The notes under the pieces are model-generated. The model was not told the origin of the DNA. It did not search any database and saw nothing but the letters and a program-made list of their open reading frames with translations. Positions 1 to 9,245 of a stretch of DNA of 64,000 nt are shown piece by piece. The position numbers were made by a program, and so were the translations under genes. The DNA lies in assembly GCA_964536745.1 (NCBI GenBank), contig CAZHYL010000004.1:16545-80544 (forward strand). Reading direction: 5' to 3'. This DNA comes from an uncultured Candidatus Saccharibacteria bacterium. Its GTDB lineage: Bacteria > Patescibacteriota > Doudnabacteria > UBA920. Within the stretch, counting starts at the first letter, position 1. Every line of letters begins with the position of its first letter.

Positions 1-158
1 ATAATCTTATATTCGGCCTGATGGGCTTGGTAAACTGAAGTTTGTTTGTCCATAACTGGATGAGACTGGTCGCTATGTCCAGATGCTACACTCGCCTGTG
101 GAACAGTAGACTGCGGATTACTATTATATTTATGAAATTTTTTTCTTCTTTTTCCCAT
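1..158 (-). CDS. Hypothetical protein, truncated by window edge
   Basis: Manual translation MGKRRKKFHKYNSNPQSTVPQ...; frame stays open to position 1; divergent from the 311 ORF. Confidence 0.55.
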   Translation of the reverse strand, partial: MGKRRKKFHKYNSNPQSTVPQASVASGHSDQSHPVMDKQTSVYQAHQAEYKI

Positions 159-310
159 ATTCAACTTATTAGTTATTTATAGTGTAAATTATAGTAGATG
201 AAGCAGAGACTGACAAGCTGACTACTACTAATTTTATAGAGTTGAAGAGGTTCTCCAGCGGTGCTAGAATAGTCATACTGAATTAAAATCCCGACAGGGA
301 AATTAGCACA

Positions 311-814
311 ATGAACGAACAAAATTTGCAAATTGTCACAATAATTATTTCGGCGTCTGCATTAATAGTTTCTGTGACCGCACTATTGTTTAGTATGAAA
401 CTAAAGAAATGGAGGAAGCTGTTCGATTCAGAAAATCAACCCGATAATCTCGAAGAGGTCATCACTTCCATTACGACACTGCTAAAGAAGCATGGTCAAG
501 ATCATACAAAACTAGCTGCTGTAGTCGAAAGTATAGAACAAACGTTGCAAACAACTTTTCAGTACTCCAGCGTTGTACGGTTCGATTCACTAAGCAACGA
601 TGGTGGAAATTTAAGTTTCACAGTGGCCTTACTAAACGGCCAACAAACTGGTATGATAATTACCAGCCTTCATGGAAGGGAAAATAACCGAATTTATTGC
701 AAAGCTATTAAAGAAGGTCAAAGCGTTCAACCCTTAAATGAAGAGGAACAACAAGCTTTAATAGAAGCATTAACAGGAACACAAAAACCAAAGCCGAAGA
801 GTTCTAAGAAATAA
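311..814 (+). CDS. DUF4446-family membrane-anchored protein
   Basis: N-terminal TM helix, coiled segment, VRFD..GGNLSFTVALL..G..ITSLHGR..RIYCK motif. Confidence 0.8.
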   Translation: MNEQNLQIVTIIISASALIVSVTALLFSMKLKKWRKLFDSENQPDNLEEVITSITTLLKKHGQDHTKLAAVVESIEQTLQTTFQYSSVVRFDSLSNDGGNLSFTVALLNGQQTGMIITSLHGRENNRIYCKAIKEGQSVQPLNEEEQQALIEALTGTQKPKPKSSKK

Positions 815-828
815 TTAATTATACATTT

Positions 829-1215
829 ATGGCACAAGATAATTCCGCAGCCGAAACAGTTGTCGGCCCCTCAGTTAAAATCCAAGGAGATTTAAATTCC
901 GAAGGTAACATCCGTATTGAAGGAAGTGTTACTGGAAAGGTAAACACCACTCAGAGCGTTCACATTGGTGAAGCAGCTGTGATTACAGCAGACATGCATG
1001 CAGGAAATGCAATCGTCGCAGGTCAAGTTCAAGGTAACATTAAAGTAAGTGGTAATTTAATTTTACAAAGCACTGCAAGAGTCAATGGAGACATTGCTTG
1101 CGGTATTCTTCGAGTTGAAGACGGCGCACTTTTTTCTGGAAAATGTAACATGAAAGGTGCCGCAGTAGAAAAGTCTAAGGCTCAAGCCACTAACGAACCA
1201 GAACCAGAAAAGTAA
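829..1215 (+). CDS. Bactofilin (polymer-forming cytoskeletal protein, CcmA family)
   Basis: Beta-helix repeats TVVGPSVKIQGDL..IRIEGSVTG..VNGDI..LRVEDGALFSGKC. Confidence 0.9.
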   Translation: MAQDNSAAETVVGPSVKIQGDLNSEGNIRIEGSVTGKVNTTQSVHIGEAAVITADMHAGNAIVAGQVQGNIKVSGNLILQSTARVNGDIACGILRVEDGALFSGKCNMKGAAVEKSKAQATNEPEPEK

Positions 1216-1293
1216 AAATTTCAACTAACCCCTTTGGGTTAAGCTTAATCCCGGCCGAGTCCGGGATTAGTCATTTCGCAAGCTCACTAAGCT

Positions 1294-2136
1294 ATGTATT
1301 TTTATATCCTCGACGGAACTAATATTCCTCCAAATGAATTTGAAAAGGCTCAAGTTACCCTGCAGGGACTGCTGGCTCAATTTCGAATATCCGGAGAAAT
1401 GGTTAGGGTTACTTCGATTCGAGGAATCCAAGAATTAGTAGAACTGGCTGGTGAAAGAGGAGTGAAAACTTTGATCGCTTGTGGTACAGATGACACTTTT
1501 AATATTATGCTGGCTTACTTAGCGGGTAGAGATTTTGCTCTGGGGTTTATTCCATTGATTGAGGATACCAGCTTAGGGAAAATTTTAGGTATCGATTCAC
1601 TAGAAACTGCTGTCAAAACTGTGGCGTCCAGACGATTAGAAAAAATGGATTTAGCGGTGATGGGCGATAGCTATTTTATTAGCCAAGTTGAATTTGGGAT
1701 CGCTTCAACAAAAGTAAAAAACATGGGATGGTTTACAAGCATGTCATCGTTAACTAAAGAATATTATAATTTAAAACTTAGGATTGATAACTCATACACC
1801 ATGGACATTACTTGCCTTGGTGGAACAGTAACAAATAGTCGAACTACTTCGAGTTCCAACAGCACTGTTGCAAACCCGACTGATGGATTTTTAGATTTAA
1901 TGATATTAGAGCGTTTAACCAAAATGGATGTTTTAAAATACAAGCCGGATATTGCTGCTGGGGTATTAGAAAACATTCCAGGAACTTCTGTAATTAAATG
2001 TAGACAAGTAGAATTTTTAGAACCTCGTGGTTTCCCATTAAATATTTCTGGGAGAACGTTCTCTAAAGTACCTGCGGTAATCTCTATCATCCCAAGACAA
2101 CTCAAAATGATAGTCGGAAAAACCCGAACATTTTAA
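1294..2136 (+). CDS. Diacylglycerol kinase (YegS/DgkB)-like protein with degenerate motif
   Basis: ACGTDDTFN (cf. GGDGT), LGFIP, ANPTDGFLD motifs. Confidence 0.75.
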   Translation: MYFYILDGTNIPPNEFEKAQVTLQGLLAQFRISGEMVRVTSIRGIQELVELAGERGVKTLIACGTDDTFNIMLAYLAGRDFALGFIPLIEDTSLGKILGIDSLETAVKTVASRRLEKMDLAVMGDSYFISQVEFGIASTKVKNMGWFTSMSSLTKEYYNLKLRIDNSYTMDITCLGGTVTNSRTTSSSNSTVANPTDGFLDLMILERLTKMDVLKYKPDIAAGVLENIPGTSVIKCRQVEFLEPRGFPLNISGRTFSKVPAVISIIPRQLKMIVGKTRTF

Positions 2137-2156
2137 ATAATATGACAAACCAATAT

Positions 2157-2188
2157 AAAAGAGAGTACCCAGTGGATACTCTCTTTTT
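2157..2188. terminator. Bidirectional intrinsic terminator
   Basis: aaaagagagta-cccagtgga-tactctcttttt between convergent genes. Confidence 0.7.
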
Positions 2189-2343
2189 CCTTTTCGCTCT
2201 TTTGAGCTCATCAGTACAAACACACATTTGTAGAAGGGAGATAGATTAGCAACAATCTATCTAAAGGAGGGAACTGGTTGCTCAGTAAGAAGTGTTTCAG
2301 ATACACCGTGGAAACCCCCAGTTATCTGATTCAGGTGTACAGC

Positions 2344-2919
2344 TTAGAAGCTGTACTTAAGTGCGAGCATGGTGCTCGTACTTTTGCCGAAGTTAACTTC
2401 GGCACCTGCGGTGAAGTTTTTGTTGAGTTTGACCTCAAGGCGAGGGCCAGTCCCACGAAACTTCTGAGTTGCCAGAGCAAGCGTTATACGCTTGGTGACA
2501 TCTACTGAAGTTTGGTTTCTGTACCACTTACCACCTTTTTCGATGAGGAACAAGTTCTGAACGAACCTGCCCTTAACCGATCGGCCTGCCCACACAAATG
2601 CTCCGAGCTGAAGTCTGCTGCTGCCAGTCTGGACACCAACTGCACCACCGACCTGTAACCAGGACTTAGGTGAGTAGGTAGGTCCACAGTATACCTGGTT
2701 AAAGGATTTACTGTTCTGGATCCAACAATACAAACCAGCTTTGGATTTGCCACCGTAGGTCAAGTACGTCTTGACCATTGGGTTAACATTTCCAGAAGCA
2801 CTAACTTCACTTTCGAACTCCACGTAGCCGTGGAGCTGATTCTTGGGCGTCTCTGTCTGACCAAAGGTCATAACAGTAAAACCAAGAACCAAAGCGACTA
2901 ACAATTTAACGTTTTTCAT
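2344..2919 (-). CDS. Secreted orphan, predicted outer-membrane beta-barrel-like protein
   Basis: Signal peptide followed by Q; alternating amphipathic strands; C-terminus LALKYSF; GGAGG SD at 2924-2928; TTGACA-17-TATACT promoter near 3020-3048. Confidence 0.6.
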   Translation of the reverse strand: MKNVKLLVALVLGFTVMTFGQTETPKNQLHGYVEFESEVSASGNVNPMVKTYLTYGGKSKAGLYCWIQNSKSFNQVYCGPTYSPKSWLQVGGAVGVQTGSSRLQLGAFVWAGRSVKGRFVQNLFLIEKGGKWYRNQTSVDVTKRITLALATQKFRGTGPRLEVKLNKNFTAGAEVNFGKSTSTMLALKYSF

Positions 2920-3147
2920 GTATCCTCCACGGCTACAAATTCTGTTGCCTTCTGAAAAGTAAATCTTAATCTCTCAGTAAGGTGACTATCTGTAGATCAC
3001 AAATGTATTTTGAAAGAACAGTATAACAGAAAATTAGCTCTTTGTCAATACTTCTTCAACGAACAGCTGTTTAAATTGTCAATTTTAATTACAAATAAGC
3101 AAGATAATCTTGTTGACATTTTTTCAACAAATTGCTATTATATAGCT

Positions 3148-3915
3148 ATGATATCTGATTTATTAATGAAATTTGGCCTAAGCGATAAGGAAATTGCTGT
3201 GTATACAACCTTAGTGCAAAGAGGGAAAGGCAAAGCTACGGAGTTGTCTAGAATAACCAATATCAACAGAACAACCATATATAGCGTATGCAAAGAGCTC
3301 ATAGATAAAGGGTTTATTTCGGAAGACCCAAGTACAACTCCCAGCACCTATGTACCTTTGCCACCACAAGACCTTAAAACCCTAATTGCTAGAGAAGAAC
3401 TGCATTTGCAGCACAGGCGCAATATTGTTGACCAGTTAATTCCTGAATTATTCACCATTTCTAAAAATACAGTCTATTCACCTCCAAAAATTCAGTTTAA
3501 ATCGGAGGAAGACTTCGAAGAGTATCTATACCAACAGACTCCTATTTGGACTGAAAGTATTATGAAAACTGACGGAATCTGGTGGGGATTCCAAGACGCC
3601 AGCTTTGTAGCTCACTACGACAAGTACATAGACTGGCACTGGCAGCAACCAAATACTGCCAAAATGGGATTAAAAATTATTACGACCGGGCTTGATGTAG
3701 AAAAAAGGGTGAACGCTAAAGAGCGATGGCCGGCCAGAAGAGAAATTAAAATTTGGCCGAAGGCCATAGACTTTACAGCTACCACTTGGGTTTTGGGAGA
3801 CTACACAGTAATGGCCTTTACAGATAGCAAACCTCACTATATGGTTGAAATTTACGACAAAGCAATTGCCCAAAATCACAGAACCCTATTCCAGGGTATT
3901 TGGGAAACTATTTAA
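3148..3915 (+). CDS. TrmB-family HTH transcriptional regulator
   Basis: FGLSDKEIAVY..ELSRITNINRTTIY..LIDKG; start reset to ATG 3148, just after promoter TTGACA(3113)-17-TATTAT(3136). Confidence 0.85.
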   Translation: MISDLLMKFGLSDKEIAVYTTLVQRGKGKATELSRITNINRTTIYSVCKELIDKGFISEDPSTTPSTYVPLPPQDLKTLIAREELHLQHRRNIVDQLIPELFTISKNTVYSPPKIQFKSEEDFEEYLYQQTPIWTESIMKTDGIWWGFQDASFVAHYDKYIDWHWQQPNTAKMGLKIITTGLDVEKRVNAKERWPARREIKIWPKAIDFTATTWVLGDYTVMAFTDSKPHYMVEIYDKAIAQNHRTLFQGIWETI

Positions 3916-3961
3916 TAGCCGCCTTGATTTTTTTACTAAAATACAGTATAGTTAATCAGTT

Positions 3962-5902
3962 ATGAATTTATCTTCTTTATCTCACGAATTAAATATGTCT
4001 ATCCAAGAACTTCGCAGTAAAGCTGCCGCAGCTGGTTTTCGTATTTCTCCTCGTGCAAATAAAATTGATAATCACCTCGCGAAACAAATTTCCGAAGCGC
4101 TTAGCGAAAAACCAAAAGAAGTAGCTCCTAAAAATACTGAACCAAAACACATCGAGCTACCTGCATTTATTAAAGTCCGCGATTTTGCAGAACTGCTTGG
4201 CTTACCAATCACCGATGTAATCAAAACCCTTATTCAAAATGGAGTTATGGCAACTATTAATGAAGAGATAGACTTCGATACCGCTAGTATTATTGCAACC
4301 GACTTAGGCTTTGAAGTTAATAGCCAACAAACCAGTGAAGTAAAAGAATTTGGAACTGGATTTTTACATGAACAGCTTTCTGCTGAAAGCGATACTGATT
4401 TAAAAACTCGTCCTCCAATTGTTGCAGTCATGGGTCACGTAGACCACGGGAAGACAACTTTATTAGATGCTATTAGAGAAACAGATGTCGTAGCAGGAGA
4501 AAGTGGTGGCATTACTCAGCACATCGGAGCTTATAAAGTTACCAAAGACGGTAAACAGATTACTTTTTTAGATACACCTGGTCACGAAGCATTCGTGGAA
4601 ATGAGAGCGCGAGGTGCTAATGTTACCGATTTAATTATTTTAGTAGTTGCAGCAGATGATAGTGTACGTCCTCAAACAATTGAGGTCATTAATCGTGCCA
4701 AATTTACCAACACACCAATCATTGTTGCCATCAACAAAGTTGATAAAGAAAATGCGAACGTTACTAAAGTAAAACAAGAGTTAGCAGAACATGGAATCTT
4801 AACAGAAGATTGGGGAGGTAAAACAATTGCTGTAGAAATTTCTGCGAAGCAAAAAATTGGAATTGATAAACTTTTGGAAATGGTTTTGCTTCAAGCTGAA
4901 ATTGAAAATTATACAGCTAACCCAAATGGAAAATTACTTGGCACAGTGATCGAATCTCATATGTCTCAAGGACAAGGTGCAGTCGCCACTGTGATTATTC
5001 AAAATGGTACCTTGAGGGTTGGCGACATTATGGTTGCAGGTATTGGATATGGAAGAGTGAAATCAATGGAAGACGAACATGGCAAGAAACTTAAGACAGC
5101 TGGACCATCTACCCCAGTGGTAATTTCTGGTTTTTCGGAATTGCCAGAAGCAGGCGACATTTTACAAACAACAGAAACCTTAGACGAAGCGAGAACAATT
5201 GGCGTCACAGCTCAAAAGCTAAAGCACAGCCGAAGGTTAAGTGTTCGTTCTAAAATTCAAGGAAATACCGAAGATAAATCTTTAAACTTAATCCTAAAAG
5301 CAGACGTTGCAGGCTCCTTAGAGGCTATCCAGCAATCTTTCAGTAAACTTAAAAACGACGAAGTAACTCTTAATGTTATTAGTGAAGGAATTGGGGAAGT
5401 GAATGAAAATGACGTAATGCTTGCAGACAGCAGTAAAGCTACTATTATTGCGTTTAGAGTTAAGACTAACCCAAAAGCAATTAATCTTGCTAAGCAGAAA
5501 AAAGTAAGCGTAGATAGTTACGATGTTATTTACGAACTCTTGGAAAATATTACTAGTGCGGTTGTAGAAATGTTTACTCCAGAAATGGAAAAACTTGTTT
5601 TTGGTCGCGGTGAAATATTAGGTATCTTCCGAACAGAAAAATCTCAGATGATTGTGGGCGGTAAAGTTATCGAAGGCGAACTTCGTAAGAACAAACAAAT
5701 TGCTGTTGTAAAAAAGAACGATGAAGGAATTTGGGAAGAAGTTGCTAGAGGGGAAGTCTTAGAACTACAACAAAATAAAATTGACACCAAAGAAGTTTCA
5801 AAAGGGAATGAATTTGGAATGAAGATAAAATCAAACTACAAACTACAGGTAGGCGATACCATTGAAAGCTTTGAAGAAAGCTTGAAACAAAAAAGTTTAT
5901 AA
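3962..5902 (+). CDS. infB: Translation initiation factor IF-2
   Basis: RPPIVAVMGHVDHGKTTLLD, DTPGHEAF, NKVD motifs. Confidence 0.98.
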   Translation: MNLSSLSHELNMSIQELRSKAAAAGFRISPRANKIDNHLAKQISEALSEKPKEVAPKNTEPKHIELPAFIKVRDFAELLGLPITDVIKTLIQNGVMATINEEIDFDTASIIATDLGFEVNSQQTSEVKEFGTGFLHEQLSAESDTDLKTRPPIVAVMGHVDHGKTTLLDAIRETDVVAGESGGITQHIGAYKVTKDGKQITFLDTPGHEAFVEMRARGANVTDLIILVVAADDSVRPQTIEVINRAKFTNTPIIVAINKVDKENANVTKVKQELAEHGILTEDWGGKTIAVEISAKQKIGIDKLLEMVLLQAEIENYTANPNGKLLGTVIESHMSQGQGAVATVIIQNGTLRVGDIMVAGIGYGRVKSMEDEHGKKLKTAGPSTPVVISGFSELPEAGDILQTTETLDEARTIGVTAQKLKHSRRLSVRSKIQGNTEDKSLNLILKADVAGSLEAIQQSFSKLKNDEVTLNVISEGIGEVNENDVMLADSSKATIIAFRVKTNPKAINLAKQKKVSVDSYDVIYELLENITSAVVEMFTPEMEKLVFGRGEILGIFRTEKSQMIVGGKVIEGELRKNKQIAVVKKNDEGIWEEVARGEVLELQQNKIDTKEVSKGNEFGMKIKSNYKLQVGDTIESFEESLKQKSL

Positions 5903-5930
5903 AACAAGACCAGCTGGTCTTGTTTTTTTT
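5901..5930 (+). terminator. Perfect palindromic terminator, copy 1
   Basis: aaaacaagaccag|ctggtcttgtttt plus T-tract. Confidence 0.8.
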
Positions 5931-6011
5931 ACTCTGACCTAACGAGGTCATTATTTTGACTTTGGTTATTCCGTAAGGTAAAATTGAGAACTACTATGAT
6001 ACGGAGGAGTG

Positions 6012-6374
6012 ATGAGAAAAGAAAGAAGATTATTAATCGCTGACGATAACGGCCGTCTTTGGAGATGGTTATACGAAAAACTAAAAGGTAAATATCTAAT
6101 CAACATCGTACCAAGAGCACAGGCAGTAATTCATGGTCAAGTCCAAAAATACGACTTAATAATCCTAGATGATCCAAAACCGAATCCCAAAAACCATGAT
6201 CTGATCGGTGACATTAGGAAAATTAGAGAAAAAAGACCGGAACAAAAAATTGCGGTTTTTCCGGGACCTACTTTAAGTTTTGAGGCAGGTCGAACGCTTA
6301 AGGTTCAAGTCATGACTGTTGAAGAATTCGATCTATCAGGTATTGAAAGCCTACTAGATAAACAGTTTAGATAA
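6012..6374 (+). CDS. Degenerate single-domain response regulator receiver
   Basis: LLIADD and DLIILDD motifs; conserved T/S and K not evident; GGAGG 6003-6007. Confidence 0.65.
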   Translation: MRKERRLLIADDNGRLWRWLYEKLKGKYLINIVPRAQAVIHGQVQKYDLIILDDPKPNPKNHDLIGDIRKIREKRPEQKIAVFPGPTLSFEAGRTLKVQVMTVEEFDLSGIESLLDKQFR

Positions 6375-6425
6375 AAGATCTGACCCAGTCTACACATTAA
6401 TATTTGGGGGCGAACCAATTCTTAT

Positions 6426-6452
6426 AACAAGACCAGCTGGTCTTGTTTTTTT
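6426..6452 (+). repeat. Palindromic terminator, identical copy 2
   Basis: aacaagaccagctggtcttgttttttt is identical to 5903-5929. Confidence 0.85.
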
Positions 6453-6507
6453 AACCACGAGATGTTAAACTTGTTTGTTCTGCTCATAAAAACCAATCGG
6501 AGGTCGC

Positions 6508-6849
6508 ATGTATAAAGTACTAATCATAGACGACTATGAAGGATTGCTCACTAGCCTACAGCTAATGCTTAGTGACGCAGGGTACGAAACTCATACCGCT
6601 AAAGACCATTTTGAGGCAAACCAGCTTTGTTCAGAAAATGAATACTCGCTGATTATCTGCGATAACCAGATGGGCGACGAGGTCAGGCACTGGGGAATAA
6701 ACCTTATACCAAGGCTGAAAAGACGTCAACCAGGGGCGAAAACAATCCTTATGTCTGCCGATGAAATTACTGAACACCCAGCAGATCACTTTATTCAAAA
6801 AAGCTATATCGGTAGTGATCTGATTCCGCTGGTAAAATCGTTACTTTAG
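6508..6849 (+). CDS. CheY-like single-domain response regulator
   Basis: VLIIDD, LIICDNQM, LMSA and FIQK motifs intact; GGAGG 6499-6503. Confidence 0.85.
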   Translation: MYKVLIIDDYEGLLTSLQLMLSDAGYETHTAKDHFEANQLCSENEYSLIICDNQMGDEVRHWGINLIPRLKRRQPGAKTILMSADEITEHPADHFIQKSYIGSDLIPLVKSLL

Positions 6850-6934
6850 GACAAAAGTCTTGAGCTTCCGCTCAGGCTTTTTTATTTAACCCTTGATATA
6901 ATAAGAATGGTTTGATATAGTAAAACTTAATTTT

Positions 6935-7300
6935 ATGAAACAAAGCAAAGCTAAATCTTCAAATCGAATCGAAAAACTCAACTCACTAATTCAGAAAGAG
7001 GTTGGGGAAATTTTGCTTGGCTATTTGAAATACGGTGAAGGCTTAGCCACAATCAGTAAAGTCGAGGTAAGCGGTGATGCGCGCTGGGCAAAAGTCTGGG
7101 TTTCTATAGTCGGCGGAGACGACGATAAGATAATGGAAATCATTAAAAAAAATATCTACGACATCCAAGGTGAACTAAATCGAAAGATAGATTTAAAGCT
7201 TATTCCAAGACTACAGTTCTTCCTCGACACATCTCCTAGATACGCACAACATATAAATGAGCTTATTAAGAAAGTACACGAAGAAGACGAAGATTTATGA
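6935..7300 (+). CDS. rbfA: Ribosome-binding factor A
   Basis: RIEKLNSLIQKEV, VEVSGDARWAKVWVS, IPRLQFFLD; lies downstream of infB. Confidence 0.93.
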   Translation: MKQSKAKSSNRIEKLNSLIQKEVGEILLGYLKYGEGLATISKVEVSGDARWAKVWVSIVGGDDDKIMEIIKKNIYDIQGELNRKIDLKLIPRLQFFLDTSPRYAQHINELIKKVHEEDEDL

Positions 7301-8250
7301 CAGAATTTCTGCAAGCCAAAAATTTAATTGAAGGTTCAAAAAATATTTTACTTACTACGCACGAAAGAACCGACGGTGATGACCTTGGTTCAGTTTTGTC
7401 TTTGGCAATTTATTTAAGATCAGCTGAAAAACAAGTAACGCTGTGTATCACTGGTGGAGTACCAGAGCGATTACAATACCTGCCTTATTCTGAAAATGTA
7501 ATTGAACAGCTCCCAGAAAAAAATTACGACTTATTAATAGTTTCTGGATGTAGTAGTTTAGACAGGGTAAGGAATCATCGAATCGAGCAACTAAATATCC
7601 CGATAATAAACTTCGATCATCATCCGGATAACAAACAATTTGCCACTGTTAATGTTGTTGATGCAAAAAAATCTGCAGTTGCAGAATTAGTTTATGATTT
7701 TTTCAACTACTGCCAATGGGAAATTGAAAAAGATGTCGCTCTATGTTTACTAACTGGAATAATTACCGACACAGGAATGCTAATGCATAGCAACACTAGT
7801 TCTAGCACACTTGCCGCAGCTGGTGAACTAATGAAACACGGTGCACATATTAGCGAGGTGGCAAAAAATACTTTTGCTACCCATGATACCAACAAATTAA
7901 AAGCGTGGGGAAAAGCATTAGAAAATTCTTTCTTTAATGCTGAGACAAAAGTCATCTACTCTGTGATAACCGAAAAAGAAATACAAGAACTAGGCAATCC
8001 AGAACTTGCCAGCTTCGAAGGTTTGGTAGAAACTCTAAATAAAGTACCGGAAGCAAGGTTTGCAATGTTTTTAAAGGAAGACGGAGCAAGGATAAAAGGG
8101 AGCTTGCGCAGTGACCCACATAAAGGCATCGATGTCCAAAAAATTGCCCAAGATTTAGGTGGTGGAGGGCACAAATGGGCTGCAGGTTTTTCAATGGTAG
8201 GAAAACTGGTAAAAACCGATGCGGGGCGGTGGAAAATTGCCGAAAATTAG
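7297..8250 (+). CDS. nrnA: DHH/DHHA1 oligoribonuclease/PAP phosphatase
   Basis: HERTDGDDLGS, FDHH, GIITDTG, SLRS, GGGGH motifs. Confidence 0.9.
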   Translation: MTEFLQAKNLIEGSKNILLTTHERTDGDDLGSVLSLAIYLRSAEKQVTLCITGGVPERLQYLPYSENVIEQLPEKNYDLLIVSGCSSLDRVRNHRIEQLNIPIINFDHHPDNKQFATVNVVDAKKSAVAELVYDFFNYCQWEIEKDVALCLLTGIITDTGMLMHSNTSSSTLAAAGELMKHGAHISEVAKNTFATHDTNKLKAWGKALENSFFNAETKVIYSVITEKEIQELGNPELASFEGLVETLNKVPEARFAMFLKEDGARIKGSLRSDPHKGIDVQKIAQDLGGGGHKWAAGFSMVGKLVKTDAGRWKIAEN

Positions 8251-8324
8251 GGATCTTAGCTCTGGATTTTTTTATGAAGTTATACTATAATAACTAAGAT
8301 TTTTATTGAACAAAAGATTTATTG

Positions 8325-8411
8325 GCCCAGGTGGTGGAACTGGTAGACACGCAGCCTTGAGGTGGCTGTGGGAGAAATCCCGTGGAGGTTCGAGTCCTCT
8401 CTTGGGCACCA
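8325..8411 (+). tRNA. tRNA-Leu(GAG)
   Basis: Cloverleaf; CAGCC-TT-GAG-GT-GGCTG; long variable arm; CCA. Confidence 0.95.
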
Positions 8412-8432
8412 TGGGTTCAATAAAACACGTTA

Positions 8433-8507
8433 GCCCTGGTAGCTCAGTGGTAGAGCAGACGCCTGAAGAGCGTCGTGTCGTCAGTTCAATTCTGACCCGG
8501 GGCACCA
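8433..8507 (+). tRNA. tRNA-Phe(GAA)
   Basis: GACGC-CT-GAA-GA-GCGTC; CCA. Confidence 0.95.
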
Positions 8508-8521
8508 CAAAAATTTCATAA

Positions 8522-8598
8522 GGGCGATTAGCTCAGTTGGTTAGAGCGTCTCGTTTACACCGAGAAGGCCAAAGGTTCGAATCCTTTATCGCCCACCA
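8522..8598 (+). tRNA. tRNA-Val(TAC)
   Basis: TCTCG-TT-TAC-AC-CGAGA; CCA. Confidence 0.95.
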
Positions 8599-8600
8599 TT

Positions 8601-8674
8601 GCGGCTATGGTTCAATGGTAGAACTCTTCCTTGCCAAGGAAGGGATAGGGGTTCGATTCCCCTTAGCCGCTCCA
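8601..8674 (+). tRNA. tRNA-Gly(GCC)
   Basis: CTTCC-TT-GCC-AA-GGAAG; TCCA end. Confidence 0.95.
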
Positions 8675-8709
8675 AAGAAAGGACACCACTCAGTGGTGTT
8701 TTTTCTTTT
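8674..8709 (+). terminator. Terminator of the tRNA cluster
   Basis: gacaccac-tca-gtggtgtt plus T-tract. Confidence 0.75.
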
Positions 8710-8738
8710 GTAAAAATAAAAAAGCCGGAAGGGTCCGG

Positions 8739-9245
8739 CTAAAACACTGTGATCATATCCGTATTGTACTGGAGCAAGAATTGCTCAACCTTGAACTCAC
8801 TCACGTACTTGGAGTCCATCCGTTTGATTTTCTCTCGAACTTCCAAAAACTTATTGTACCATGACTGTGAAGTTTCAATTTGTTCTTTAGTCCAATTGTT
8901 ATTCACCAAAAGGTCTGGATCATTCCTAATCAAGAATATCAGAAACCACAACTCATCTTTACTGGCCCGAACTTTTTTGAACTCAAAGTATGCGCGTACT
9001 AAGTCGGAGAAAGACTGCCGAGAGATCTCTGAATCCAAAGCAAAATCCGGCCTGTTAACTACCTGAAACTTTTCATGAAGTTGCTTACGAGCAGTTTGGT
9101 AATTTGAAATGAAGTTTGGCAATTCAGATGTCCAAACTTTGGCCTTATCGAAAGAGGGCAAGCTGTCATTTTGCTGTGAGTAAGCAGGACTTAAGAGCAG
9201 GCCAACTAGTAGCATTAAAAAAATGGACAGAAATATTGTTCTCAT
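8739..9245 (-). CDS. Secreted helical orphan protein
   Basis: Start reset to MRTIFLSIF after GGAGG (9251-9255); signal peptide AYS|QQ. Confidence 0.65.
   Translation of the reverse strand: MRTIFLSIFLMLLVGLLLSPAYSQQNDSLPSFDKAKVWTSELPNFISNYQTARKQLHEKFQVVNRPDFALDSEISRQSFSDLVRAYFEFKKVRASKDELWFLIFLIRNDPDLLVNNNWTKEQIETSQSWYNKFLEVREKIKRMDSKYVSEFKVEQFLLQYNTDMITVF

Noticed and set aside
2263-2508. ORF 2278-2508(+) preceded by AAGGAGG
   Set aside because: TTG start, and mostly antisense to the better-supported barrel gene; not fully excluded
5901-6452. CRISPR array or integron attC from the palindromic repeats
   Set aside because: Only two copies about 500 nt apart; no cas or intI gene; no attC R-box/L-box pattern
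8272-8521. ORFs 8272-8508(-) and 8306-8521(+)
   Set aside because: Shadows of the tRNA-Leu and tRNA-Phe genes
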